Assembly: GCA_041666545.1 (NCBI GenBank)
Contig: JBAYGS010000001.1
Coordinates: 217,942 to 281,941 of the forward strand
Direction of reading: 5' to 3'
Length of the DNA stretch: 64,000 nt
DNA from: Minisyncoccota bacterium
Lineage (GTDB): Bacteria > Patescibacteriota > Minisyncoccia > Phycocordibacterales > JBAYGS01
Part shown: positions 8,882 through 18,735 of the stretch, piece after piece
Layout of the letters: each line of letters opens with the position of its first letter
How positions within the stretch are numbered: position 1 is the stretch's first letter
Program-made: the position numbers and the translations under genes
Notes under the pieces: model-generated
What the model was told of the DNA's origin: nothing
What the model saw: the letters and a program-made list of their open reading frames with translations, nothing else
Databases searched by the model: none

Positions 8882-9429
8882 AATTACTCCTTGGCGTGAC
8901 CGGCAGTGTGGCTGCCAAACTTACTCCGAAACTGGTTCGAACCCTCATGGAAAGAGTACCCGAACTTGAGCTCAAAGTCATCGCGACTGACCGGGCCCTG
9001 TACTTTTTCCGAAAGGAAGATGTACCGATTCCGGTGCTCACCGACAAGTCTGAGTGGACCGAAGGCGGTTATGTCAAAGACACTCCTGTTCTCCACATTG
9101 ATTTGGGTGAATGGGCCGACCAACTGTTGATTGCCCCGCTTTCGGCCGACACTTTGTCGGACATGGCACACGGCAAAGCCAACAAGTTCCTGACCAGCAC
9201 GGTCTTGGCCTGGCCGAGGGAAAAGCGAATTATCTTGGCTCCGGCCATGAACACTCGGATGTGGTCAAATCCAATCACTCAAGACAATCTGGCAACGATT
9301 CAGCGAGTTTACAATACAGGCACAATCGAACCAGTTGAAGGTATGTTGGCCTGCAAGACAAAAGGGGTGGGAGCGATGGCCCACATCGACACCATCGTCG
9401 CTTCCTTGCTCCCAAAAAAAGTACATTAG
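8878..9429 (+). CDS. coaC: Phosphopantothenoylcysteine decarboxylase (HFCD flavoprotein)
   Basis: GVTGSVAA, HIDLGEWAD, PAMNTRMW and LAC..GVGAM motifs; ATGA overlap with coaB. Confidence 0.9.
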   Translation: MKLLLGVTGSVAAKLTPKLVRTLMERVPELELKVIATDRALYFFRKEDVPIPVLTDKSEWTEGGYVKDTPVLHIDLGEWADQLLIAPLSADTLSDMAHGKANKFLTSTVLAWPREKRIILAPAMNTRMWSNPITQDNLATIQRVYNTGTIEPVEGMLACKTKGVGAMAHIDTIVASLLPKKVH

Positions 9430-9571
9430 CTATCGCCGCCCGGCCTCCGGGCGGCTTTTTTATTTCCAAAAATCGCACAGGAATTTAAAAAACTTCAAAC
9501 TGACAAAATGTATTACTTTAGAAACAAATGCTTATCGGTCTCGCGAACAATATTTGTGATATGATTTTCGC

Positions 9572-9739
9572 ATGAACAAAAAGAGGATAATTTACTCGGT
9601 TATTGAAATCACACTTGGAGCACTGATGTTTGTCTACGGCGAGATTGACGACAGCCCCGGGGGACAACTGCTTGGGCTTCTGGCAGTCATTTTTGGCATT
9701 GTCGGCATAATGAAAAGCCAAAAGAAAAAGATTGGCTAA
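9572..9739 (+). CDS. Small two-TM membrane protein (55 aa, not in the ORF track)
   Basis: MNKKRIIYSVIEITLGALMFVYGEIDDSPGGQLLGLLAVIFGIVGIMKSQKKKIG; -10 box TATGAT 6 nt upstream and a terminator after. Confidence 0.7.
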   Translation: MNKKRIIYSVIEITLGALMFVYGEIDDSPGGQLLGLLAVIFGIVGIMKSQKKKIG

Positions 9740-9831
9740 CCGCGCCCAATGGTGCGGTTTTAATTTGTGACATTCAATTCAATGTATGCTAAGTTATTTT
9801 CGGAGTTAATTGAAACCGAAATTCACACTTT

Positions 9832-10083
9832 ATGCCTACAATCTTGCCTGACACCAATTGGGAGGAGTCACTTGCTCAACTGCCCATAACCGACGAACAG
9901 AAGAATGTTTTACGGTTGGCAATTGGAAAAATCCTGCGAAAATCTCGGACTTTTCCGAAAATCGGGGAGGCTGAGTTTGACGACCTAATCAGAAAGGTTT
10001 GGTTTATTAAATTCCAACCTTCGGGAGCGAATTACATCCTAGCGCGCAAGCGCGGACGGCTTTGCTTACAGCATGAGGACTGA
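9832..10083 (+). CDS. Hypothetical protein
   Basis: 83-aa ORF with a promoter-like upstream region. Confidence 0.5.
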   Translation: MPTILPDTNWEESLAQLPITDEQKNVLRLAIGKILRKSRTFPKIGEAEFDDLIRKVWFIKFQPSGANYILARKRGRLCLQHED

Positions 10084-10272
10084 ATCACGGGGACGGCTAC
10101 CCAAACCAACACCGTCGTCACTTGCCCATTATCACAAAACAATGTTTCGATAGCGCCGCCCGGCCGCCGGGCGGCTTTTTCATTACTCTGCCCATACTTG
10201 ACAACACCAAACAGTATGTTATCGTTGTAAAAGAAACCGTAAACCGATTCGGTTCCTTAACAAGGGAGAAAA

Positions 10273-11313
10273 ATGAAAGGATTACGCTTAAGTTCCCTTT
10301 CGTGGGAACTCCATAAATTAAGTCCGGATTTTGATTCTCAGCCAGCCACCTCGATTGCAAGCATCGCGAAACGCTTTGGTGAATGGGGCGAAAGGCTCCT
10401 CGAGAATACCGACGATGACGCCGAGATGATTGATAAGTATCACGCACTGCCGCTTGAGGCTTTCGCCGGATTCACTTTTGAGGAACTCTGTATGCTCAAG
10501 CATTCCTCAAAATTTAGGATGAGTAGCTCGGTCCGAGACTTCTTCGAGCGAAACGTGCGACACGAAGTGATCCAAAAAATCACAAATTCCATGTGGCGCT
10601 GGTCATTTTACAAGAGTGGTTGGAATGAGATCGTCGAAATTTATGACCGTCTACGTCATTTCACCTTCTCGGATGATCCAAATTTTGAAGTTCGTTTGGA
10701 TTACACGACCTATCACAATGAGTACGGCCACGCCAAGTTCAGTCGAGTTTACATCGACGGAACCTTTGCCTACTTGGTCTATTACAAACGCAAGCACATA
10801 ATGACCATCGGCTTTTCCTTAGCTGGCAAGAGCCGGATTCTCATCCAGCAGGTTCAGTCAGCCAAACAGAGTGGAAATCGGTATTTGTACAAATTACCAA
10901 AAAACCGACTGGAATTTGTGATTGAGTTGTTCAGGAAAAACTTCCCCACCTACTCGCTGTATCTAATCGACGGGAAGAGTCTGGTCAAAAAGACGCTCGC
11001 CGACTACCAGAGAACCCTGACAAGAACTCTGGAACACATCAAGGCGTACCGGAAGGAAAACAGCGATTTTGCCAGGAGAATGCTTGAAGATTACGAGAAA
11101 GATTGCGCCACCTTCGAACAAAAAATCGCGCACCTCGAGGCAGACAAAGCAAGGCTAATCGCTTTCTATAGCGATACCGGTCGATTCAAGTTCGGCCGTT
11201 CGGTATACGAAACCCTGTATCTTGTTCACCGCCAAATTGTGGCTCACCTGCAAGCATCCAGGTGTCGTAGTAAGGCCTCTGAGCCAAACAACTGCTTCTC
11301 TGTGGCAGCTTAG
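10273..11313 (+). CDS. Hypothetical protein (346 aa)
   Basis: Long ORF with TTGACA promoter at ~10198, SD GGGAG and a terminator at ~11327-11362. Confidence 0.75.
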   Translation: MKGLRLSSLSWELHKLSPDFDSQPATSIASIAKRFGEWGERLLENTDDDAEMIDKYHALPLEAFAGFTFEELCMLKHSSKFRMSSSVRDFFERNVRHEVIQKITNSMWRWSFYKSGWNEIVEIYDRLRHFTFSDDPNFEVRLDYTTYHNEYGHAKFSRVYIDGTFAYLVYYKRKHIMTIGFSLAGKSRILIQQVQSAKQSGNRYLYKLPKNRLEFVIELFRKNFPTYSLYLIDGKSLVKKTLADYQRTLTRTLEHIKAYRKENSDFARRMLEDYEKDCATFEQKIAHLEADKARLIAFYSDTGRFKFGRSVYETLYLVHRQIVAHLQASRCRSKASEPNNCFSVAA

Positions 11314-11520
11314 ACACTTAACCCACAAACCACTTCCCGACGAGAGTCTCGAGGTGGTTTTTATTTGCCTCATGTGCACAGTTTTGAAACCTTTAGTCTC
11401 CACTTTCATTGTATAATTCAGAATTTTATATTTGACAATTTTCATAAATATGCTAGCCTGCGAAGAGAGTCTTTTGGAGTTAGATTGGTCAGACAAACAA
11501 AAACAAAAGAAAGGAAGCCA

Positions 11521-12051
11521 TTGAAAGGACAGGTCAGAAATCCGAACGATTCGTATGAACTGATGTACGAATTTTTGAAAATGCGCCGGGCCAGCACCGA
11601 AGCGGGCCAACCATTCACTTCGGCCGATGTCTCGGGTGAGACCGGGGTCAAGATCGAAATCGCTTGCAACTTCTTGAGGCGCCTTTCCGAGAAAGGCGGC
11701 CCGCTCATTCGCACTCGCGTCTCTTCCAGATTCGGACGGGGCACAATGTACACCTATCTTTTTGCACCCGAAATAAAATTGCCCAAGCCGCAGTTATCGA
11801 AGGGCGAAGTCGCAAATTTGGTCTGGAGAGTGTTCAAGCTGGCCAAGAAGCCGCTCAGCAAAACCGAGGTTGCCAGGCGAGTCGGTTGCCGAACCGGCAG
11901 ATTGGTGAGTCGCAATTCAGTAAGCACCGTAGTCTATCGGTGGTACGGATTCAACCACCTGGCCCGACTCAAGAGGGGCAAGTACCAGCTTAAAAACCGG
12001 CTTCCTTGCCGTCCGCTCACTCTGTCGCTTCCGACTCAGTCACAAATCTAA
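11521..12051 (+). CDS. Basic protein with two putative winged-HTH domains
   Basis: FTSADVSGETGV..IACNFLRRL and PLSKTEVARRV..VSTVVYRW segments; TTG start after AAGGA. Confidence 0.55.
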   Translation: MKGQVRNPNDSYELMYEFLKMRRASTEAGQPFTSADVSGETGVKIEIACNFLRRLSEKGGPLIRTRVSSRFGRGTMYTYLFAPEIKLPKPQLSKGEVANLVWRVFKLAKKPLSKTEVARRVGCRTGRLVSRNSVSTVVYRWYGFNHLARLKRGKYQLKNRLPCRPLTLSLPTQSQI

Positions 12052-12227
12052 ATCGTTTTGGCCCGAAAGTGTTCCGACACTTTCGGGCCTCTTTTAATTC
12101 AGGAAAGCGAGACCGCCCCGCGCCGGAGCGCTGGGCGACCTTTTGCACCTTGACTTTTGGCATGAATATGATACAGTCCCCGACAGAACAGAACGCCGGC
12201 TTGTAGCTGGTATAGCCAAAGGAATAT

Positions 12228-12461
12228 ATGCCAAGAGCCTTGAAAACCGACCGTTTCTTTCTGCAAAAGGCAGCAAGAAGCGGTAAAAACAAAGACAAAT
12301 TGCTTGTCGGGGTCCATAGTAGCCATAAGGACATCACGCTGCAAAACCTGCTTGATTTCCTGGAGGCGAACCAAATTGATCCCTCGCAGGTTGAGCTCAA
12401 ATTCGGCTTCGTCACCACCGTTAACCCGAAAAACGGAAAGGGTGAAAATGAGAAAAGTTAA
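12228..12461 (+). CDS. Small hypothetical protein, first gene of a three-gene operon
   Basis: SD AAGGA; overlaps the next gene. Confidence 0.55.
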   Translation: MPRALKTDRFFLQKAARSGKNKDKLLVGVHSSHKDITLQNLLDFLEANQIDPSQVELKFGFVTTVNPKNGKGENEKS

Positions 12462-12789
12462 GGACATAGTCGAAGAATTCAAGAAGAGCGGTGCTACAAG
12501 TGAGGCCTTGACCAAAGCGGTTAACGAACTGCTTGTCCACGACATTCCAGAAATGAAGCGAGTGAGAACTGTGACGACTGTCAGTGGTGTCCTCGGCATC
12601 ATCGCCACAGCGAAGGAACGTTTTGAGACCTTTGCCAGGCTCGCGCCATCAGTCGAAGGCAAGACTAGACTCAGCCCCGAACATTTCGGCCCCCTACTGC
12701 AGGAAGCCTGGCCAGAGGCGTTCGCGTTGTGGAAACTCTACAAGCCCAGGAATGTGTCAGGCGCACCCGAAAGAAAGGAGACCGAATGA
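12448..12789 (+). CDS. Hypothetical protein, paralog A
   Basis: N-terminus MRKVKDIVEEFKKSGATSEAL...LVHDIPEMKR is clearly similar to the next gene. Confidence 0.75.
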   Translation: MRKVKDIVEEFKKSGATSEALTKAVNELLVHDIPEMKRVRTVTTVSGVLGIIATAKERFETFARLAPSVEGKTRLSPEHFGPLLQEAWPEAFALWKLYKPRNVSGAPERKETE

Positions 12790-13115
12790 GACCCGTTAAA
12801 GAAATAGTGACCGAATTCGGAAGAAACGGTGCCACGATCGAGGCCTTAAACACGGTCATAAATGAGCTCGTGCTGCATGATATCCCCGAGCTCAAGAGAC
12901 AGAGGCGCGCACAGACAGACGAAGCCATCTTGGCAATCCTCAATACGGTCGAGGAGCGCTTCGGCGCCTTCGCCAACAAGGCACCCGCACTTGCCGACGG
13001 CAGAAAATTGCAGCCGAATCATTTCGACCTGATTCTGAAGGCGACCTACCCGGAGATACATGATCTCTGGCAAATCGGCAAGATGCTTAAGGGACGGCAA
13101 TTGGTCCGCCGTTAA
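12786..13115 (+). CDS. Hypothetical protein, paralog B
   Basis: MRPVKEIVTEFGRNGATIEAL...VLHDIPELKR; ATGA overlap, SD AAGGAG, terminator at ~13130-13161. Confidence 0.75.
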   Translation: MRPVKEIVTEFGRNGATIEALNTVINELVLHDIPELKRQRRAQTDEAILAILNTVEERFGAFANKAPALADGRKLQPNHFDLILKATYPEIHDLWQIGKMLKGRQLVRR

Positions 13116-13248
13116 CATCCAACCTCCCCACCCCGCACGCGCGAACGCGTGCGGGTTTTTTAATTGCGACAAACTTACTTTAGATATTTCATCTAAGAAA
13201 ACATTCAGGTATAATTGTCTACAGTAAACCTTTTTGGAAAGGAGGGTT

Positions 13249-13491
13249 ATGAGAATAGTAGTTTTTGATAACTCTCGGTTTTTGCAGCGACAGATTATCG
13301 AGGCCTTGACCTGCCCAATCAACCGACATTGTACCCGTTTGGAGCATAAGTGTGACGACTGGGAACTTTGGCACCATCCGGAGTGGTTAATCCAACACTT
13401 CATTGAGAATGGCGGAGCAGTGGCGTTTGCAAAACGCCGAGCCGAGTTTGTTCGCGAAGTGGAGGTTCCAGAAATCGAATACGAAATCTAG
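13249..13491 (+). CDS. Hypothetical protein
   Basis: TATAAT -10 box and SD GGAGG. Confidence 0.6.
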   Translation: MRIVVFDNSRFLQRQIIEALTCPINRHCTRLEHKCDDWELWHHPEWLIQHFIENGGAVAFAKRRAEFVREVEVPEIEYEI

Positions 13492-13631
13492 GATTACAAA
13501 TTCTAGAACATGTGGCGACACCTTGGTGTCGCCACATTTTAATCTGTTAAAAATTGTAAGATTTGGTCTTGCAGGATTGACCCGGAGGCCCAGCTTGATA
13601 TATCCTTCAACTAGATAGAAAGGACTAAATT

Positions 13632-13826
13632 ATGCCGAAAAAGAAATTGTCGAAAAGGACTCGAGAACCGACCAAAACACCGCGGAAAAACAGGGGTCGC
13701 AAGTCAAGCACGGAGAGGGAAAATCAATCCGATATGCAAGGAGGACAAGGCCCCATCATACACGATAGAAGCATGGAAGACGGTAGCTACCACCAAACAC
13801 TTGGTGGCTGGGGAATGCCCTACTAA
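13632..13826 (+). CDS. Small basic hypothetical protein
   Basis: SD GAAAGGA and a hairpin after the stop codon. Confidence 0.45.
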   Translation: MPKKKLSKRTREPTKTPRKNRGRKSSTERENQSDMQGGQGPIIHDRSMEDGSYHQTLGGWGMPY

Positions 13827-13897
13827 GACCGCGATGGACTCTCTCATGAGAGTCCTTTTAATTTGTAAATTAAAACTGAAAGCTCTATACTAAAACC

Positions 13898-14494
13898 ATG
13901 AATACAAAAAATGTTTCGACAATTTTAATAGTTATTATTTTGATTATAGCTGGTATTTACTTATTCAAGCCGAAAGCCCAAGTGGCCGCCCCTGTCCAGG
14001 GCGGAATTAATGAGAAAAATGCCACTTATGAAATCGGCAATCAAAAAGTCACTTTGGTTAATGGTGTAGCTGAGACTGAAAGCGCTCCGGAATCCGCGAC
14101 CAAAACTACCACCCGATATTTTGGCAACGAGATCAGACATGACCTCAATGATGACGGCCAGGAAGATGTGGCCTTTTTGCTAACTCAAGAAACCGGCGGT
14201 AGTGGCACCTTTTATTATTTTGTCGCCGCGCTCAATACTCCAAACGGTTACATCGGCTCGCAAGGATTTTTGTTGGGTGACCGCATTGCTCCCCAATCGA
14301 CAGTGCTGGAAGAAGGAATTACGGCGGTTGGGACGGCAAGAAAAAATGTTATTATCGTAAATTACGCCATTCGAAAACCCGACGAACCGTTTACCACTTC
14401 CCCATCAGTTGGCAAAAGCGTTTGGCTTAAACTCGATCCGGCCACCATGCAATTTGGCGAGGTGGCGCAGAATTTTGAGGGAGAATCAAGATAA
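13898..14494 (+). CDS. Membrane-anchored extracytoplasmic protein
   Basis: N-terminal TM helix; DLNDDGQED and GGSGTFYY..LGDRI motifs. Confidence 0.75.
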   Translation: MNTKNVSTILIVIILIIAGIYLFKPKAQVAAPVQGGINEKNATYEIGNQKVTLVNGVAETESAPESATKTTTRYFGNEIRHDLNDDGQEDVAFLLTQETGGSGTFYYFVAALNTPNGYIGSQGFLLGDRIAPQSTVLEEGITAVGTARKNVIIVNYAIRKPDEPFTTSPSVGKSVWLKLDPATMQFGEVAQNFEGESR

Positions 14495-14664
14495 GACCCG
14501 TGTTGCTTGGCCTCCAATATCAAGGTCGGACCTTGATATTGGAGGCCTTTTTGGTTATTTGACAAAATACTCAATCTATGATAACATTCTAGGCAGAAAG
14601 TCAAACCAAAAAACAAACTCGGAACGACTCAAAAGGTCGCTTCGAATAAAAAGAAAGGACAAAA

Positions 14665-15147
14665 GTGAAGATCTTGTTCGCAAACGGTAATCCGATTTTT
14701 TCATCAACAAGAGTCCGGATACTCACAGATCTGGGCTTCCGGGTGGACTTCCGTAGGGACGCGGCTCAGGTACTCGAGGCCTTCACCGGCCCCAAGGAGA
14801 CATGGCCGGACATCCTGGTCATGGACAACTTCCTTCCTCAGGGTGATACCGAGGAGGTCAACGAACACAGCACTTATGGCTACATCCGGACAGGGATGGC
14901 CATTTATGCAGTCCTCCGGAGAAAGTACATCGCAGTGCCGACACTGATTTACACAACCGACCGCCAAGGACATGAGGAACTGAAGCTGCTCTGTCTTGCC
15001 GATTCACGCTTGTGCGCAGTTTACGAATGTGTCGATAACTCAACGAAGGAAATCACTACCACGGTCCAAAAGCTGGCCAAAATTGTCGAAGCCGAAGCCA
15101 AGACTGCACCGGCCTCACCCACGAAGATGGATCTTAGCGAGTGTTGA
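14665..15147 (+). CDS. Atypical receiver (REC)-domain protein, possibly extending past an in-frame TGA to 15330
   Basis: MKILFA, PDILVMDNFLP and PTLIYT follow the REC pattern; SD GAAAGGA. Confidence 0.65.
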   Translation: MKILFANGNPIFSSTRVRILTDLGFRVDFRRDAAQVLEAFTGPKETWPDILVMDNFLPQGDTEEVNEHSTYGYIRTGMAIYAVLRRKYIAVPTLIYTTDRQGHEELKLLCLADSRLCAVYECVDNSTKEITTTVQKLAKIVEAEAKTAPASPTKMDLSEC

Positions 15148-15542
15148 CAAACCTGCCGGCTCAAGGTCAAAATTGGTGACGCAATCTCGGTCGTGAAGGT
15201 GCTCATGGCACATCCGTGCGACGAGGGTCGCAACAAACGACCGGTCGGCAACCGAGTTCATCTGGTCCCGGGTGGCTGGTTCGAGACCAGCCGAGTCGAA
15301 GTTCTCGAGCTTCTTCCGTGGGAAGAATAACTTCCCCGCCCCGCCCAAGAAACCTCCGAGGTTTCTTGGGCGGTTTTTAATATCAAACTACATAAGACCG
15401 TCTTACGCGTAAGACGGTCTTATGTAGAGAAAACTCCCTTTGTTGAGGGATTTTTTATTGATTGACTTTTAGTATGAGATATGATATAATTGCCGGCAGA
15501 AAGTTGGACCGAACATTGTCCAATTAGTCCCTAAACAACCAA

Positions 15543-15602
15543 GGCCTAAAGCACCAAGTGCTCGGCTAAGACCCTAAAACAGATTGCTAAATCTGCTCGG
15601 GT
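15543..15602 (+). promoter_or_regulatory. Two tandem CC-TAAA...TC-GG hairpins directly before the SD
   Basis: ggcctaaagcaccaagtgctcggct and accctaaaacagattgctaaatctgctcgggt, followed by AAGAAAGG. Confidence 0.6.
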
Positions 15603-15614
15603 AAGAAAGGAAAA

Positions 15615-16358
15615 ATGATAGATAAACTCATGCCGAAAGGCTATTTCGACGGGGTCCAGCGTGAAATGGTTCGCGCCGGATTTGCTCACATCTCAACGGT
15701 GCCGATCGACAGCACCGAATGTGAGTACCATGTCCCGACAGTCGCCGCTCGGGCCACTTCCATATTCTTTCACAAGCACGGGAAGGGGTTCGTCGTGATG
15801 CTCCGGTACAACGAACACATTGAGGACTCCGGGAATCCGCGAAAGGGAAACTGGCGAGTGGACTTTTACATTCGTTTCAAATCCTTCCGAACCCTACTCC
15901 AAGAGAATCCTCACTGGCTCGAGGACACCCTTCACGAGCACGGGGGTGGCATCTACCACGACATGCCGATCTTCGGGTCAACAAAGGTGGAGATCGAGGG
16001 GTTCAGAAGTTACGGCAGTATGAGCATTGAACGAGACTGCGAGAACGAGCAGGTCGTTCTGCATTTTGAAGAGCCTTACAGCCGGTCCGAGACCCTATCA
16101 CCAACCGAGCTGATTGTAAAAGTTGATCGGGTGTATCGGGCTGTCAAGAAATACCTCGACCGCGGGCCAATTTTTAAGCCCTCACTTCTCGACCTCGTCC
16201 CCCACTATACCTTCTCTGGACAAGACAATTTCACCCTGCCGTGGAAGACGGAGAAGCTGGAAGAAACCTTCTGGTCCAAGTTTGACTGGCACTACTTCCG
16301 CCATTTGGTCGTTCGCCCTTGGGGCTACAACTATCGACGGAAGGAGGCTACCGCCTAA
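15615..16358 (+). CDS. Hypothetical protein
   Basis: TTGACT/TATAAT promoter, SD and a terminator at ~16362-16400. Confidence 0.75.
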   Translation: MIDKLMPKGYFDGVQREMVRAGFAHISTVPIDSTECEYHVPTVAARATSIFFHKHGKGFVVMLRYNEHIEDSGNPRKGNWRVDFYIRFKSFRTLLQENPHWLEDTLHEHGGGIYHDMPIFGSTKVEIEGFRSYGSMSIERDCENEQVVLHFEEPYSRSETLSPTELIVKVDRVYRAVKKYLDRGPIFKPSLLDLVPHYTFSGQDNFTLPWKTEKLEETFWSKFDWHYFRHLVVRPWGYNYRRKEATA

Positions 16359-16558
16359 TTCACCCGCTCCGCGTGCGCAAGCATGTCGGAGCGGTTTTTT
16401 ATTTGATGATGTGGCGCGACCGAAGTTTTGCGAGGGCAAAACTTCGGCTTTTTATCTTCTTCGCTATTGCAGTGTTTTGCAAAACACTGCAATAGCGAGC
16501 ACGGCAATTAAAAAATCCCCCGAGCGACTAGCGCTAGAGGGACTATGACGAAAACAAA

Positions 16559-17551
16559 CTACTTCCCTGCCCCATGGCCGTTTCCGTTCAGAGCCACTTC
16601 CGAGAATTTCCCGTTTTTCGGGTCTTCCTCGGTTGAGAGTGTCCGAAACGAATCCGGATGAGACAAGTTGAACTTGCTCACATGGACGCGATGTTCCGGC
16701 CGGAAGCCTTGCTCCAAGACCTTAGCCACCATCGCTGCAAACTCCGGCGTGGTTTTGACCTTGGTCGAGAGAGCCTGGCGCGGCAAGAGCTGATCAAAGA
16801 CAATCCTCGCTCCGGTCGTGATTGAATTGCCCGAAACATCCGGCTGCCAGAACTGTGAGAGAGTGACGATTCGCGAACCAAGAAAAACCGCTTCCTCGAT
16901 ATCGTGGGTGACGAAAATCACCGTCGTCTTGTACTTCTCCCAAAGCTCCAGGATGAAGACCTGCAACTCTTCACGAGTCGACGGATCCAAAGCCCCGTAG
17001 GGTTCGTCCATGCAGAGAATTTTCGGCATAGCGAAGAGGTCGATTGTAATCAGCGTTTGGGCAATCGCCACTCGCTGTTTCATCCCACCCGAAAGTTCGT
17101 GAGGATACTTGTCCCCGGCGCCTTCGAGCCGAATTTTTTTGAGATATCCTTCGGCCAGCAATCTGGCCTGTCGGTTCCACTTCGGCGACCATAGTTCCCG
17201 CCAAGGATCTGCTTGGTACTTGAGGCTCAAGAGGATATTCCCTAAAACAGTGAGATGTGGAGCCAGAGTGTAATTCTGAAACACCACACCACGCCTGCGA
17301 TCAGGGAAACCGGCCGGACCGCCCATAATTTGAAACTGCAGAGCGGTATCGACTTGCTCCTGCCCAGTAATCAAACGGAGAAGGGTCGACTTGCCACAAC
17401 CGGAAGGCCCGACCATGGTCACGAACTCGCCACTCTTGATTTTGATGTCCACATTGTTGAGCACCACTTTGCGGCCACCCGGAACTTTCGGATCCGGATA
17501 GCCGTGGTAAGCGCTCTCAACCAGAATGTCGTACTTGGTTTTTGTCTCCAT
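16559..17551 (-). CDS. NitT/TauT-family ABC transporter ATP-binding protein
   Basis: GPSGCGKS, LSGGMKQR, MDEPYGALD and VTHD motifs. Confidence 0.95.
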   Translation of the reverse strand: METKTKYDILVESAYHGYPDPKVPGGRKVVLNNVDIKIKSGEFVTMVGPSGCGKSTLLRLITGQEQVDTALQFQIMGGPAGFPDRRRGVVFQNYTLAPHLTVLGNILLSLKYQADPWRELWSPKWNRQARLLAEGYLKKIRLEGAGDKYPHELSGGMKQRVAIAQTLITIDLFAMPKILCMDEPYGALDPSTREELQVFILELWEKYKTTVIFVTHDIEEAVFLGSRIVTLSQFWQPDVSGNSITTGARIVFDQLLPRQALSTKVKTTPEFAAMVAKVLEQGFRPEHRVHVSKFNLSHPDSFRTLSTEEDPKNGKFSEVALNGNGHGAGK

Positions 17552-17560
17552 ATTTCCTTT

Positions 17561-18412
17561 CTAGTTGCTGACTTTGCTATACCAAGCGAAGCAACGCAAC
17601 TTAAGCGAGAGCTTTAGGATGTAGTCGCAACTGTAGGCCAGGGCGGTGATATACATCACATACGGAATAATCAGGGCCATGTTCATGTACCTCTGTTGGA
17701 GGTAAACCCGATAACCCAAACCTTCCGTTGACGCTACCGCTTCTGACGCAATCACAAAGATCCAAGCGGCGCCGAGCGACACTCGAACCAAGTCAATGAG
17801 TCGCGGAAACATCTGTGGCACCACGATGCGCATCAAGACTTCAAACTGCGACGCACCAAGAGTCAATTGCTTGACCTTAACCTCGTTCGGGATTTGCTCC
17901 ACCATTTGTTCGACGCTTCGCGCAATCGGGATCCCGATGCCGAAAACAATCAGAAAAATTTTGGAAGCTTCACCGATACCAAGCGCCACCAAGACGATGA
18001 CTAGCACCGCCAAGGGGTTGATATTTGAGAGGACAGTAATAATCGGCATAAACAAGGACCGCAGGCCCGGGAAAAGTCCGATCATAATTCCGGCCACATA
18101 GCCAAAGACTGCGGAAATACCGACACCGATGGCAAGCCTTCGCAGACTCGCCTTGGTATCTTCGAGGAAAAAATTCTTGCCCGAACGCTTGTCCGGGACA
18201 GTGATTATTTCCTTCATTTCGCCGTACATCTGACTGAAGTACGGCATCAGTTTGTCATCCGGATTTTTTTCGTGACGCTTTTGGGCGATCAGGAAATAAA
18301 CCAGGAGCAAGAGCGCAACCGGCAAGAGTCCGAGAAGTTTTGAAAGCTTCTCGCCCGGTTTGGCATTGATGCCAAAGAATAACGGAGTCCGACAATGGAT
18401 GTTGTTGTCCAT
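17561..18412 (-). CDS. NitT/TauT-family ABC transporter permease
   Basis: SLRRL, TLGAS and GAAWIFVIASE...GLGY motifs; multiple TM helices. Confidence 0.92.
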   Translation of the reverse strand: MDNNIHCRTPLFFGINAKPGEKLSKLLGLLPVALLLLVYFLIAQKRHEKNPDDKLMPYFSQMYGEMKEIITVPDKRSGKNFFLEDTKASLRRLAIGVGISAVFGYVAGIMIGLFPGLRSLFMPIITVLSNINPLAVLVIVLVALGIGEASKIFLIVFGIGIPIARSVEQMVEQIPNEVKVKQLTLGASQFEVLMRIVVPQMFPRLIDLVRVSLGAAWIFVIASEAVASTEGLGYRVYLQQRYMNMALIIPYVMYITALAYSCDYILKLSLKLRCFAWYSKVSN

Positions 18413-18516
18413 TTGGTTCCTTTCTAGTTTGTTTGTTTTTAAAGAACAAGCTTTTTAGGGCTTAAATCCTTACTGGGTTCTGATTTTGAGTATACACATT
18501 TTCAGCCGTCTGTCAA

Positions 18517-18634
18517 CCCCGTTAGAGATAGGTCGTCGCAACGACGACCGTGGCCGTCACTGTTTCCAAACATTTTGTGTAAAAGCTAAGTTGGTTTCGT
18601 GATCGCTATTCCTAACAAAAAATCTCTAACGGGG
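18517..18634. mobile_element. MITE (118 bp)
   Basis: Terminal inverted repeat CCCCGTTAGAGAT/ATCTCTAACGGGG, flanked on both sides by TCAA. Confidence 0.8.
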
Positions 18635-18735
18635 TCAAGACAAATAACGACACCGGTACGCGTTAGCGCACGACACCAATACACGAATAGCTGAATTCGT
18701 GTGTGCGTATTCGTGGTCTCGCTATTCGCGTACTT

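Noticed and set aside
15270-15298. T-arm-like GCTGG-TTCGAGA-CCAGC as a tRNA or tmRNA
   Set aside because: No matching acceptor, D or anticodon arms were found, and it lies in the open frame continuing the REC gene.
600-16400. The orphan-gene run as an integron cassette array or prophage
   Set aside because: There is no integrase, no attC-type boxes and no phage structural genes, and the genes carry their own promoters.
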